Source of the DNA: Octopus vulgaris
Taxonomy: Eukaryota
NCBI GenBank assembly: GCA_951406725.2
Contig: OX597824.1
Span: 52,824,001 to 52,888,000 of the forward strand
Direction: 5' to 3'
Length of the DNA stretch: 64,000 nt
In this document: positions 13,469 through 27,299 of the stretch, one piece after another
Layout of the letters: every line of letters begins with the position of its first letter
Position numbering within the stretch: position 1 is the stretch's first letter
Notes under the pieces: model-generated
Databases searched by the model: none
The model's input: only the letters and a program-made list of their open reading frames with translations
Told to the model about the DNA's origin: nothing
Translations under genes and position numbers: made by a program

Positions 13469-13901
13469 AGGCGAGCTAGCAGAATTGCTAGCACGCCAGG
13501 CACAATGATTAACGGCAATTTGTATTTACGTTATGAGTTCAAAATCCGCCAAGGTCGACTTTGCCTTTCATCTTTTCGGATCAATAAAAAAAGTACCAGT
13601 TGCGTACTCGGAATCACTGTAATCGACTAAGCCCATCCTCACAAAATTTCAGGCTTTGTACCAACAGTAGAAGGGATTATTATTACTAAAGCGGTGAGCT
13701 AGTACAATCTTTAGCACGCTGGACGAAATGCTTAGCGATATTTCATCTGCCACCAGGTTCTGAGTTCAAATTCCGCCGAGCTCGACCTTACCTTTCATCT
13801 TTTCAGGGTCGATGAAATAAGTACCAGTTATGCACTCGGTTTGCTGTAATCGAGTTGCCCCCTCCCACGAAATTTCAGACCTTGTGCCTTTAGTAGAAAG
13901 G
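13469..13901 (+). mobile_element. Two tandem copies of tRNA-derived SINE family B (13469-13683 and 13691-13901)
   Basis: Each has gagctagcagaat..gagttcaaat..tcgactttgcctttcatc..aataagtaccag..agtagaaaggatt and an (ATT)n tail. Confidence 0.85.
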
Positions 13902-13960
<59 letters not shown>

Positions 13961-13995
13961 CATTATTATTATTATTATTATTATCATCATCATCA
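13902..13995. repeat. (ATT)n/(ATC)n microsatellite, SINE tail
   Basis: Seen directly. Confidence 0.95.
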
Positions 13996-15047
13996 TAATT
14001 ATATCCTGTACAAAAACAATTATTTGTAATGTATCCTGCCATTTTTCCATCAATGTGAACATTAAGATAATATCCAAATCTCAAATTTATTTTAATGGTA
14101 CATGCCAGGAAGTATTGAAACAATTACATTTAGTGAGAAAATGTTTAATATTTTATAGTGTTTGCTCATTTTGCAATCATACCTTTAAAGTATATCTTTA
14201 TGAGAAACAATAAACATGAACAGCCTAGAATTTTCAAGATTATTCCAGAAAATATTGCACATATTCCACCAAATATTGCTCTGTAAATAAAGTAAATAGA
14301 AAATGTGTTACTTAAGAAGCCAAATATGCTGTTATAGCTCTGATACAAGATGGTGAATCTGTCAGGAGAATTGAAAATTCTCTTGTTATGGTTAATTTTT
14401 ATAGTTCATCGAATTATAAAACAGCATAAAGCAACTGCATTATCTATGATTAGAAGACTTTCAAAACTTATAGAAGGAATTATTAAATAGTAAAGAAAGC
14501 GTTTTAGTGCCACGAATTGTTACACGTCAATTTGACATTTCACTCGTTTGAATAGATTTAGTTGAAATCTAGGATCCTATACTACAGAAAAGGGAAGAGA
14601 TAATTTTTAAAAAAATCTACTTCAATAAATAAGAGTTGTTTCTATATCACTATTGGCAACGTTACCAATTACTTCAACCACTATCAAAAACTATGTGATC
14701 AGTTCATGGTCTCCGAACTCCTTTAAATAATCTAAACTAGCGGTTCTCAAACTGACAAACACCCCACTTACTATATTAATGAATATTCGAAACGCACGCA
14801 CACGCACACACACTCACACACACACTCACACACACGCTCGCACACGCACACGATCACAGTTTTTTGATATGTATACAAAACAACTCCCAATAATTCTTCA
14901 TTTTGTGTCATTGTGTTTAGAGTGGTATCTGAAGGTAAAATTTTATAGGTCAAGTGAAGACAGAGGGGCTTCTTTTGAAATGACGAGTGTTTCCTTGTTA
15001 TTGTTTTGGGAATTGTTGGGGTTTAACCGTGAATCACTCTTGATCAA

Positions 15048-15087
<40 letters not shown>

Positions 15088-15089
<2 letters not shown>

Positions 15090-15486
15090 TCTTTTACTTG
15101 TTTCAGTCATTTGACTGCGGCCATGCTGAAGCACCGCCTTTAATCGAGCAACTCGACCCCGGGACTTATTCTTTGTAAGCCCAGTACTTATTCTATCGGT
15201 CTCTTTTGCCGAACCGCTAAGTGACGGGGACATAAACACACCAGCATCGGTTGTCAAGCAATGCTAGGGGGACAAACACAAACATACACGCGCACACACA
15301 TATACATATATATACATATATAGGACGGGCTTCTTTCAGTTTCCGTCTACCAAATCCACTCACAAGGCTTTGGTCAGCCCGAGGCTATAGTAGAAGACAC
15401 TTGCCCAAGGTACCACGCAGTGGGACTGAACCCGGTACCATGTGGTTGGTAAACATGCTACTTACCACACAGCCACTCCTGCGCCT
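15088..15486 (-). mobile_element. Full-length SINE family A
   Basis: Reverse complement of 24905-25345 at high identity; flanked by (TA)n. Confidence 0.9.
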
Positions 15487-15492
15487 ATATGG

Positions 15493-15596
<104 letters not shown>

Positions 15597-15684
15597 TAAA
15601 TAAGGGTAGAAATTGATATTAATCAATTAAAACCAGTGGCCTGGCATATTTTTTAAAAATCCGAAGATTAAAAATTTTTTTACA

Positions 15685-15939
15685 TACAAAATTTAGAGGA
15701 CTGACCACTAAAAAAATAGACACCTTATATGCTAGATATAGACGTCAAAATCGCCATTTTCCACGAAGAATGAGTTCTCAAGAAAAATTCAGCAAAAAAC
15801 CTAAAAATCATTTTTACATTTTGCTTTTTTGCTGAATTTTTTCTTGAGAACACATTCCTCGTGGAAAATGGCGATTTTGACATCTATATCTAGCATATAG
15901 GCTAGGCTGTCCATTTTTTTAGTGGTCAGTCCTCTAAAT

Positions 15940-15950
<11 letters not shown>
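15685..15950. repeat. Fold-back inverted repeat (arms about 115 bp, loop about 25 bp) within a (TA)n-flanked unit
   Basis: aatttagaggactgaccactaaaaaaa..aattcagcaaaaaa versus ttttttgctgaatt..tttttttagtggtcagtcctctaaatt. Confidence 0.9.
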
Positions 15951-15996
<46 letters not shown>

Positions 15997-15999
<3 letters not shown>

Positions 16000-16830
16000 T
16001 AGGGACTTTGGACTGACTATAAACCTAAAGAAGACACAGGTCTTGCAACGGGACAAAAAGCACTGCCGGTCATCAAAATCGATGACTACGAACTTGATGT
16101 CGTCCATCAGTTCACTTATCTCGGCTCCACCATCATCGACAACCCTTCCCGGAACACAAAGCTTGACTAGAAGATTGGGAAGGCAGCCACGACACTTGCT
16201 CGCCTCACAACCAGAGTGTGGACAAAATCCAAGAAGATGGTAAAGACCAAGATGGCAGTGTACAACGCCTGTGTCATCGGCACACTGCTGTATGCCAGTG
16301 AGACTTGGCCACATATTCCAGACAAGAGCGGCGACTCAACACCTTCCATTTAAGAACCCTATGCTACATACTGTGTAGTCCCTGGCAACACAGACTCTCC
16401 AACGCTGAGGTCCTGGATAATGCAGGCCTTCCCAGCATGTTCACGTTGCTTCGACAACGTAGACTACGCTGGCTAGCACAAGTCCACCGCATGAAGGATG
16501 GCCACATCCCAAAAGAACATTCTCTACGGGGAGCTGGTAGCTGGAAGAAGAACCACTGGTTGACCTCGGCTGCGATACAGGAGTGTTGGAGTCCCTTGTT
16601 ATCAAGATTTGGAGTCCCTTGTTATCAATGCAAAGTCCTAGGAGAGCCCCGCAGCTGCCGGCCAACATGGAGGAGCACCATGATTGAACACCTCAAGTCA
16701 AGAGAAAATAGGTTAATGAGCACAGAAGGAGAGACTGTCACTCACAGACTGTCACTCGCGTATAGATCTGTTTATCCACCGGAAACGCTACTCCAGCCGA
16801 GCTGAAAACAGCTCTAACCGAAGGAGGCCT
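15997..16830 (+). mobile_element. RTE-clade LINE 3' fragment
   Basis: DFGLTINLKKTQVL, FTYLGSTI, RIGKAATTLARL, RLNTFHLR, RQRRLRWL in shifting frames. Confidence 0.85.
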
Positions 16831-17062
16831 AGGAGGCCTTGTGATATAGGTAGTTAGAGTAAAACCCACCTATTTCCTTCTGAAGCACATCTGCCCATTC
16901 TATTATTAAAGTAAATAAGTATCCATAGTTACACAACACACTTTAAAACTGAGAATTATGGAAATATTATTTGCAGAGTTGTTAAATAACAAATCAGGAA
17001 AATGGAAATATTTTGGAATTATTTATTCTTTATTTCACGTGTTTCATTTGCTAATAGTAATT

Positions 17063-17210
17063 ACAAAGATTTACATGCTATATAGACATGTAAGGAATTT
17101 CCTATTAGACATTCAGCAGACAGAGAAAATGTGTTTTATAAAAGAATTTTTCTATCTGACACTTGTAATAGGAAATTCCTTACATGTCTATATAACATGT
17201 AAACCTTTGT
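17063..17210. repeat. Imperfect palindrome of about 148 bp
   Basis: acaaagatttacatgctatatagacatgtaaggaatttcctatta versus taataggaaattccttacatgtctatataacatgtaaacctttgt. Confidence 0.9.
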
Positions 17211-17469
17211 CATGCCTATTAAGAAATGAAACACAAGTAATAGAGAATAAGCAATACCAAAATATTTTCTATTGTTATATATATTATTATTTAGCAGAAA
17301 TAACAGAGTGGCTCAAGGTCCGAGAGTTACGTGTGTTGGCACTTATTAAACTAGTCGACTTCTATATTTTAAGTTCTATTTTTCTTGTTTACAGCACCAA
17401 GCTCGCCCACATATATATTCACATGTGCTTGCCCACACTCATACACAGCATTTTCACATACACATATGC

Positions 17470-17705
17470 GTTTGTGCACCCCAGTTCGGCCGGGTCACCA
17501 TTATTATCTCCCTTTCACTTAGCCTCTTTCTTCCGGTCATTTCATCCTGTTTAACCGTTGAACCCTTGACATGTTTTCTTTTTCTTTCTTCTTTTTGTTC
17601 TTTTTTTCGTTCTCTCTCCTATTTTTTCCTCTCAATCCTTTCTCTCGAAGAGCGTAGAATCGAAACGTCAAAGACTTTTCCATTCTTCCCGAGCATCAAA
17701 CTTAT
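17470..17705 (+). mobile_element. Probable PLE terminal-repeat remnant with degenerate minimal HHR at 17638-17676
   Basis: TCGAAGA-GCGTAGAATC-GAAAC-GTC-AAAGA after a pyrimidine-rich tract. Confidence 0.4.
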
Positions 17706-18677
17706 ATATAGATATTTGATACGTTGATTTGTTTTGTTGGCATATTGAGAATGTGCAGGGGAAGAATTCAATCAACCTCAATATATTACTGGTGTTTAGA
17801 TTATTGATCTCCCAGGGATGAAATACAAAATCAAGCCTGGAAAGCTTTTAACATTGAAGTATACAGGAAAAGAAAAACTAAATACTACAAGATATATCTG
17901 TGACACTTCATTCTGATAATAAACAAATACTTCTTAGAAGATTAAACTTGTAATTTATCAATAAACTACATACTTACTACTTGGAAAATTTTTCCTCACA
18001 ATTTTTAGGGCTTCATATGAAAACTCCAGAGTATATTTAGAAGTTTACTGAAATAAGCGCGCAACCTTCAAATTAGCATTTTAATTACTCAACAAATACT
18101 TCATTTCGAATAAGATTTTAGTGTTTTGTCGGGTGTTCTTTCGTTTTTTAGTTGAAGAGTCGCGATTAAAAACATTGCTCTTCGGTAGTTTCTTGTATTT
18201 TAATTACTTCGCCGAGAAACTCAAATTTCAAATTCCAGCCCGAGCTGAATTAATTAATTTCTGTTATCAAGTAAACAGTAATTATGGCGCGTTAATTTCT
18301 GAATTCCATATCATCTGAAGATATAAATTTAGCAGCACCTTTCAATGCATAATTAGTTGTTATGGAACCTGTGATCTCATTACAGAATGTTACGTTATGT
18401 CAAATCAATATGATGTGGAAAGGCGAATATAAAATAACTTTCCGCTGGTCTTTTGCATTAGTTTTAAAGACAGTCAATAAAGCCATTAATGAACTTAGTA
18501 AACTTTTGGAGATATGTATTCGACACATTCATTAGATAATATCCGTTTGATCATTAGAGATACAAATCTAAGCACGGTACACTCAATATGTACACACTAT
18601 ACATATATATTAGAGAACTAAAATCTAAGCATACACATTGAGAGATTGTGAGTGTGTGTGTGTGTGAGTGTGTGTGT

Positions 18678-18742
<65 letters not shown>

Positions 18743-19196
18743 GCAGCTCAAAACATTTATACAGGAGATATATGCACACAGGATGCAAAATTATGTACGC
18801 TATCCTCACGAATAACAAACTGAATATTTCTTTTTATAGACGTGATGCTAATAGATATGCAAATGAAGAGGACCCCGAATTAGATGAGTCGATTAGATTA
18901 CTGGTTATAGTTATTAAAAGCCAAACCGAGCATCGCGGAAAACTCAAAAAGCAAATATCGAAATTAAATGCATTAGAGCATTCAAACCCAGACTCTCAAG
19001 TTCTTGCCAATATGCAAATGTATCTACACATTGTCACTATGCTGTTGGATTCAATTTGCTTCCCGAGGAAAGTGCAAGTTCTTATGTGGTGCTCTTGTTT
19101 CTGGGAAGATGTGAATTAAAGGCAGGGGAAATTTCTAAACTGTAGTAACACGGTTTTATGAAAAGGCCTTCAAGACTGAAATGAAGCACGCACACA

Positions 19197-19260
<64 letters not shown>

Positions 19261-19739
19261 CACGCCCACGAGATTTTTAACAGACGGTACACAACATCTA
19301 AAAAATTAGAATACCACATTTATAAATTCAATAATAGAAAGGTAAGCCAATTGATAATTAACACAATTAGTTGGGGTAAAGACAATTTATTCTTCAAATA
19401 AGGATTGTTATAATAAAGAAAAACCTAATGAAACCAGTCCAAATACTTCGGATAAAAATAATGATATAGGCGATGGCAAAAATAATATGAATGATAATCG
19501 AAATGCTGAAGATCTCAATGACTGGAGTACTGGAAACAGCAACAAGGACAGTAACGAAGGGAATATAAAGAGCACGAATGGTAATCATTAAAATAATGGA
19601 AAAATTAGAAATAGAAAAAAGACTGATAAGAAAACAGTGCAGTAAGGAATAGTAGTTGTAAGGACAGGAATGCATGTCCTCTGGAAAATTAGTGCCTTCT
19701 GAACGATACTGCATTGATTAAAAACATTAATAAGAGACA

Positions 19740-19950
19740 CTGCACGAAGAAAAAGCGCCATACATTATCACGTGGACCGTGATAAAAATGCATATCCGTC
19801 CAATACGTTCTCAAGATCTTGCAATCTCTATTCCGAAGAAGGGCTCTGCATTTTAATCTGTACAGATAAACTGGGGAATAGTTAATCCGAAAGAGTTATT
19901 AGATGTAAACACAGATTAATATGCTCATTTCGCAAGTTTGTAAATATATT
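19740..19950 (+). mobile_element. Degenerate PLE GIY-YIG C-terminal remnant
   Basis: With frameshifts reads WTVIK..AYPSNTFSRSCNLYSEE..IRCKH, matching the W.I..Y..C.LC..EK..CRH pattern of PLE endonucleases. Confidence 0.5.
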
Positions 19951-20402
19951 TATGTTTTGAAACTATCGATTCAATCGGCTTAAATCTTTTCTTATAATAA
20001 TGTATGTATTTTCTCAGGTTTTAAAAATAGCTAGGTTTTAAAAATGTAAGAATATATATATATATATATCAAGCTATATGCATTTCCTTGTATGTGGGTT
20101 GGAACTAGGCTAACAATGTTTATTACAAGTGTGTCTGTGTCCATAAATAAATAGATATGTGTGGATATATTCTATTTCACTCATCTATATATTATATTTA
20201 ATTTAAATTTATCATATTGTATTATCTATTTTTGTTTTCTTATAAACAGTTAAAATGTATGAAGTGTGTTTATATGCATGTATTTCATTTTTATTTAAAA
20301 AAAATTTTTTTTTTGCTTCTGTCTTTAGAAATAGTATGTATATAAAAAGCGTATATATTTCATTTTACGTTTTCATACTATTTCTCTTCTGGCTTTATAA
20401 TA

Positions 20403-20460
20403 GACGAAATACCGCTAAGCATTTTGCCCAGCGTGCTAACGATTCTGCCACCTCACCAAC

Positions 20461-20556
<96 letters not shown>

Positions 20557-20770
20557 ATCCTTTCTATTGGAGGCACAAGACCTGAAACTTGGAGGAGGAG
20601 GCTAGTCGATTACATCGTCCCCAGTGTTTCATTGGTACTCAAATTATGGACCCCGAAAGGATGAAAGGTGAAGTCAACCTCGACGAAATTTGAACTCAGA
20701 ACAAAGAGGCAGATGAAATACCGCTAAGCATTTGGCCCGGCGTGCTAACGATTCTACCAGGTCATCGCTT
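20403..20770 (-). mobile_element. SINE family B copies (full 20556-20770; 5' fragment 20403-20462) separated by (TAA)n(TAG)n
   Basis: Reverse complement of the 13691-13901 unit. Confidence 0.85.
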
Positions 20771-20789
20771 TAAATAATTATTATTATTA

Positions 20790-21115
20790 TTGTTATTGTT
20801 TTGTTGTATTTGCACAGCTTCTAATGCTGGAGATGTACTACGGTGTCAGCTGTTCACTATCAGTAAACTTATTTTTCGAGCACCATCCGAAGTATTCGGG
20901 CTCCAAGCAGTGCTGTTTTCTGGAAGTGCTGCACCCTTATTGCAGCCCCTATTTGTTCCATGTACTTCTCAAGATTTTTACTCACTGTTCCCAGGGCTCC
21001 GACAATAATTGTTACTACTACCTACTACCACCTTTTTCAGCGACCACGACTGCTTAACCTCCCGAGTTAGCCTGTTATATCTATCGATTTCTCTTTCTTC
21101 CTTATCGCATACCTT
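20790..21115 (-). mobile_element. R4/Dong-like LINE 3' fragment
   Basis: Minus strand encodes V.PVVA..V..IIVGALGTVSKNL..LQKTAL-like C-terminus; adjoins (ATT)n. Confidence 0.65.
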
Positions 21116-21119
21116 GTAT

Positions 21120-21290
21120 TTTGCCCGGCGTGCTAACGATTTTGCCAGCTCGCCACCTTAATAATAATAATAATAATAATGATGATGATGATGATGATCC
21201 TTTCTATTGGAGTCACATGCCTCGAATTTGGGGGTGCTGACTAATCGATTACATCGACACCAATGTTTCATTGGTATTCAATTTATTATT
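21120..21290 (-). mobile_element. SINE family B fragments
   Basis: gcccggcgtgctaacgattttgccagctcgcc and atcctttctattgg..taatcgattacatcgac. Confidence 0.75.
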
Positions 21291-21653
21291 TCTACTCAAG
21301 ACCCAATTTGAAATTTTTTACTTTTTCTCTCCTTTTCTTTTTCTTTCCCTTTCTTTTTTCCACTATTTTCTTCTTTCTTTTTCATTTTGCCAGTTGTAAA
21401 ATTGAACTTTAAAGACTGATGATGCCATTCCATCAACGTGTGGACGCTGGTTGCTTTTGTTCATATTTTGGATTTGAATCTCTATAATTTTTAATTTTTA
21501 TCATTTTTAAATTAAACTCGACAAAGACAGGCTACCTTCGAAATATCGCTCAGCCAATGAAATATGTTTTGCAATCCCATCGCGCTCTTCGTATTGTCTA
21601 TTTGTATCTGTGAAGAGATACATCAATCCTTTAAAAATATTATTGCTATTACC

Positions 21654-21699
<46 letters not shown>

Positions 21700-21706
<7 letters not shown>

Positions 21707-24700
21707 TATACACTCAACAGATTAGACTTTTGGAAAAGAAGAGAATCCTAACATCGAGCAACAAGTAGTTTCAGATGCCAAGAATCCTCGTAAGTACCCT
21801 AGCTCTCCCTAATGATACTGTTTTCTGGAGTTGTACTAAACTTGGTTTTATGCCTATTTCCTCTATCCATCTGTTTAGATCTTTAGAGATAGTTCCCAAT
21901 GCACCTATAACTACTAGGATACATTTTACCCGCACTTTCCATAGTCTCTGTAATCCAATGGCTAAGTCCTGGTACTTTGCTATTTTTTCTATACTTCTCA
22001 TATTAATTTTTCATCATTTGGGTCTGTAAAGTCAATTATCTGGCACTTTCTATTCTCTCTATCTACTACTTCCAAATCAGACCTTCTAGCTTCTATGTCA
22101 GTCAGAATGTTAAAGTCCCATAATATTTTTTATTTCTTACTTCCTAGTACATAACTAGGTTCATTTATCAGTATGTTCAAATCCTATCTTTCTTCAAAGC
22201 TTGCAGTGGATTGCTCTCCCTAGATTGTCATGTCTTTTCTTGTATTCTTTCTGTGCCAGTATGCTACATTCACTTACTATATGAGAAACACTTTCCTCTT
22301 TTGCTTTGCATAATCTACATTGGGGATCTACTTGGTTTTTGTCTATCTTGGCTTTTATCCGATTAGTCCTTAAATTAATCTTGTGCAGCTACTAAAAACC
22401 TTTCTGTCTCCCTCCTCTTCGGCTTTCCTTTCTGCAACCATAACCATTGCCTTCTTACTACTATTATTTGCTGCTACTATCTGTGGGAATCTACCATACA
22501 ACGCCTTCTCCTACCAAACAGATAATTTCTGTTCTTTTTCTGGGTTTTTAATTTCTTTTTTTTTTTTTGCTTTCCCTATGTCTTGCCTTGACTCCAGCAG
22601 CTTTTAATAAATTTGATTCACTATTACCTACACAGGAGTCTATATCTACTCTAGCTAACTCCACGCAGTCTTCTACTGATATTAACTCTCTTCCGTCTTC
22701 CTTTCTGGGTACGTATAATCTTGCTACTCCCGCTCTTGAATGGAGTCCGCCATTCATATTGAATTCCTTTCTACTTCTGTCTAGCTTTGCTAATTCAGTT
22801 TTTGTCCAATCTACAAAAGCTGCTGAGTATCTAAATAATGATACCACCCAAGTATTTACAGCCTTCACTAGATCCGGACCATTTAGCTTTGACTTCATTA
22901 GCTTCCTCACCCTTCTGATGTACAGCTTCTCAATTTTCGCTTTCATTTCTCTAGTTAGTACTCTTTCAGATTCTAATATTCCTAGATACTTATAACTTTC
23001 CCCACCTTTCAATGCTTTTTAACGTCTGGCCTTCTAGTAATCGGATGCCTTCGCTGTTGACTAACTGTCCCCTTCTCATGACTAATATTGCATACTTATC
23101 TTTGCCAAATTCCATGCCTGTATCTTTGCTGAAGAGTCTTACAGTCTGTATTAAGGAATTTATCTCTTTTTCATTCTTACTAAAAAGCTTCAGATCGTCC
23201 ATGTAGAGCAAATGGTTATTTTTTCCCTTACTATTTCTGAACTGATACACTGTCATCGCCTTCCTTAGTACTAAACCAAGGGGAATCAAACATAAGACAA
23301 ATATTAAAAAGAATAACGAGTCCCCCTGGAAATTAACTTTCCCTAAGGGTGCCACCTGAATAGAGATCTACTTTCCATTTCTTCATGTTACAGCTTATTA
23401 ATTCTTTTATGTTGTCTGTTATACTGAATATACTCAAACATTCACTTATCCATGAGTGTGGGATAATGTCATAAGCTTTCCTATAATCTATCCATGATAT
23501 TGCTAAATTTTTCTTTCTAGATTTTACTTCATTTAGAACTGCTTTGTCTATATATAATAGATCATACTTTCCTCTGGCTTTCTTCCTACAACCTTTCTGT
23601 TCTTCTGGTAGTAAATTCTGGTTGTCAAAGGGCTCCTAAATGCTTTCTGAGAGATTTCTTGTAAACAGCTTCCACACTAATGGTAAGCAAGTAATTGGTC
23701 TATAGTTGCTAGCTGTAATACCCTAGCTCTTATCTTTCATAATTAGTATTGTCCTCCTTCTAATCATCCAATCTGGTATTATTCCTCCATTAAGACAATC
23801 CTGAAGTTGTTCCCTCAGCCTCCCGTGTAAACTACTGAATTTCTTTTGCCAGTACCCTTCAATCAAATCTGGTCCTGGGCCCTTCCGATTCAGCATTTCC
23901 TAACACTTTACTCATTAATGCACTAGTTAATCTTAGATCTGGCTGCTTCTCATTCACTACTTCTTTCCTCACTTTCTTTAACCATACTGCATCTCCATTA
24001 TGATTGAGTGGATTATCCCAAATATTACTCCAGAACTTTCTAGCTTCTTCTGCATTAGGTTTCGTATCTTCAGTACTTCGTTCTCCAATATTTATTTAAT
24101 TATAAAATCTCCTCTACTTTGTTTCAAATAATCTATTCTGTTGATACCAATCTATTCTTTTCTGATATCTAGAGAGGTTGCCTGCTATGATATGCTGTTT
24201 TAACTCTTCTATTACTGTCCTAAATCCTTTCTCTTTAACTAAGTATCATTTCTCGAGGGCGGATTCGCATCCTGTTTTCTACCTTGTTCAATTTCCAGGC
24301 TTCTATTCTACTCAGATCTTGTCTTAAAGTTTTCACTTTATTTTGTTGTCCCCTTTTCCACATTTGCTATTTTTAAATCTTTACCTGTGAGTTATCTAAT
24401 CTTCTGGTGACTACTACTCCTCCTGCATAAATCAATAAGTTACTAACTCCTATATTTTTAGTATCTATACTACTGATAATAGAATCTACTTTCCTAGTCA
24501 TTTCTAGCAGCTTCCTTGTGTTTGCGTCTTTTGATGCTGACAATCTTTTTCTTCTTTACTCATTAGTTTCTGCAATTCATCTAAAATCTTTTGATCATCC
24601 TCACTTAAATCACTTATGTCGATGGTGCCAGTTGTCCCTTCCTTATTGGTGGCACTATTATCATTTTGTTCCTTTAGGTTCTTCTTTGGTTTGAGCTGCA

Positions 24701-25070
24701 TCTCTTATGTTGTTGTTTGTCTTCCCCACTGCCTGGTCTTTCTTTTACAGTTCTCTTCAAATCTTTTTTACCTCCATTTCTATCATCCACTTTCTTTTGT
24801 TACCTCTAATTCTGTCATCCAATTTCTTCTCCTAATAGTATTAGCTTGATCAACTAATCTCTACTCAGTCACTTTAAATATATCCTTCTCTACCCAGAAT
24901 GCTAAGGAGTGGCTGTGTGGTAAGTAGCTTGCTAACCAACCACATGGTTCCGGGTTCAGTCCCACTGCGTGGCACCTTGGGCAAGTGTCTTCTGCTATAG
25001 CCTCGGGCCGACCAAAGCCTTGTGAGTGGATTTGGTAGACGGAAACTGAAAGAAGCCCATCGTATATATG

Positions 25071-25101
<31 letters not shown>

Positions 25102-25560
25102 GTATATATATATATGCGTGTGTGTGTTTGTGTCTGTGTTTGTCCTCCAAGCATTGCTTGACAACCGATGCTGGTGTGTTTATGTCCCCGTAACTTAGCG
25201 GTTCGGCAAAAGAGACCGATAGAATAAGTACTGGGCTTACAAAAGAATAAGTCCCGGGGTCGAGTTGCTCGATTAAAGGCGGTGCTCCAGCATGACCGCA
25301 GTCAAATGACTGAAACAAGTAAAAGAATAAAAGAAAAAAAGAAAAATCCGTTTCTCATAACCACTTCGTTTAGGTTCACTTTCTTAAGTAGCACAGCATC
25401 CCTATCCCGTTTTCTTCGCTGGCCTACTTCCTCTTCTTTGCTCTATTATCTACTGATGCTGTATTAGGATATTAGCCGTAGTTAGTCTAGATCTTTACTG
25501 AACCACTGCCGAGCGAGAGGTCTTCCCTTAAAGGTCCAGCTTCATTTTTGCTGTTTCTTC
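21700..25560 (-). mobile_element. Near full-length degenerate R4/Dong-like non-LTR retrotransposon, interrupted by a SINE
   Basis: FQGDSL, YMDDLKLF, YKYLGILE, KIAKYQDLA..VIGALG; Cys/His knuckle near 22250-22330; (ATT)n arrays at 21655 and 25983. Confidence 0.88.
24905..25345 (+). mobile_element. Full-length SINE family A inserted in the LINE
   Basis: tRNA-like head (tggctgtgtggtaag; ggttcagtccc), internal (TA)/(TG) spacer, 3' ggcggtgctccagcatgaccgcagtcaaatgactgaaac plus A-rich tail. Confidence 0.9.
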
Positions 25561-25981
25561 GTAAACTCTTACCTCTCATAAACTGGGGTAAGGTAATGTT
25601 CGTCACCTTTGTTGCACCACTATTATTTTTCGACGTCTGAAAGTTTCAAGCAACTTTATATTGCATCATTTGTTGCACCTTTGTGCTGATTTTTTTTTGT
25701 GAGGAATATTTTATTTACGTTTTGTTATGGGGTTTGGAGTGAGTCTTCTATTGTATTAGTTTTTATATTGTGTGTTGTTTGTGCAGCATTGGTTGTGTTC
25801 TTCTGTCGGGCATCGACTTTCTATGGTACATGTGGGTTTTGTACATTTTGTTGGGTATTTACAGTATGAGATTATTCTTTATTTTTAGAAGGTGTTTTGC
25901 ATAGTGGTGTGTGTGTGTTTGTGTGTGCATAACTGATAAATCAACTATTTTATGATATTTATGATTATCCTATGGCTTCCG

Positions 25982-26027
<46 letters not shown>

Positions 26028-27299
26028 CATCATCATCATCCTCCTCCTCATCCTCATCATCATCATCATCAATTCTGTTTCCTTTTCTTGCCGAATGTCT
26101 TTCCGACACCTAGGGCAGAGGAACGCACTGTATACATTTGTAGGCTATTAAAATAATCACACCAGATTGTTCATTATTATTATTGCTGTTGTTGTTGTTG
26201 TTAGTGCTGAGTTCTTTTTCAACTCTCATATTTACATAAATCCGCTACACTTTATGAAACATTGATCTTTTTCTCTCTTCTTTCCTTTTCAATCTCTCTC
26301 TTATTCTCTCTGCCACTTTCTACTTTTATCTTCCTCTGTCTAACTTAATATTTCTCATAACATGAGCCAACTTTTTTTTTTGTAATATCTATGAGGAAAA
26401 TGACCTAATTACGTGTTATTCCGGAATTACTGTGAACCTTGTAAGAGAACCCCAGTATTGATTCTTATAATAATGTCTTGCTCGAAATAGTGAGTTAACT
26501 TTGATTCCTGAGATTATCTCCCTTTCTCATATGGAGCTGGTTTTGATTTTCATTTACTAAACTGTGATACAACTTCTATAGGCGGAGATAATTTTAATAA
26601 ATCAATCATTTTTGTTGAATGGTATTCATGTACGCATATTTATCTAGGTTATTCATATATTACACCTGCCACTGGCCAATGAGAGTTATTTCTTTTAGCT
26701 AACTTATGTCTAAATTATGTATACATATATATGTGCATGCGTGCGTGTGTGTGTGTGTGCGCGCGTACGTGCGTGCGTGTGTGTGCGTGTGCGTGTGCGA
26801 GAGTAGTGCGCGCGCACGCGTGTAATTTCTGTTACTGAACAATTAAAAAATGTTTTGCTGTTTTAAATGGATTTTCATTTGAATTTCTAAAAATTGCTGA
26901 TTCCTCTAATGCCAGGCAAGATATTTACTAGAAAGAGCAGAAATTCGGTCGTTGACGTCTGCAACAACAAGAATTCTGAAGAAACATGTAATGAAACATG
27001 ACGAATTAAACAAAGCACAGAGAGAACAGCGACCAAATATGCATCGCCTGGACGTTCACTGGAGAACTTGTTCTTTCACATGAAGGACTTTGTATTAAAC
27101 TAATCTTATCACATGTGATCAATCTTGTCACACTGAAAAGATCTACTGTCACAGCAGGAAATGGAATATTAATTAAGTTTAATTGACCATATTGCGATCT
27201 TAAAATGTTCAGATTAACATTATACGAACTTAATGTGGAACAGAACTGAATAAAATAATTCTTCTAAGTCAGACCTTTGATAATCTTGCAGTAATACCA

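Noticed and set aside
16586-16628. Short perfect tandem duplications (also near 27458, 35603, 52103)
   Set aside because: Ordinary slippage or repair duplications.
16958-17554. 198-aa ORF
   Set aside because: Runs through a palindrome and a repeat remnant; no recognisable domain.
21416-21460. CTGATGA as a hammerhead core
   Set aside because: No GAAA or closing helices downstream.
24905-24975. tRNA gene
   Set aside because: tRNA-like SINE head only; no complete cloverleaf, and it continues into the SINE body.
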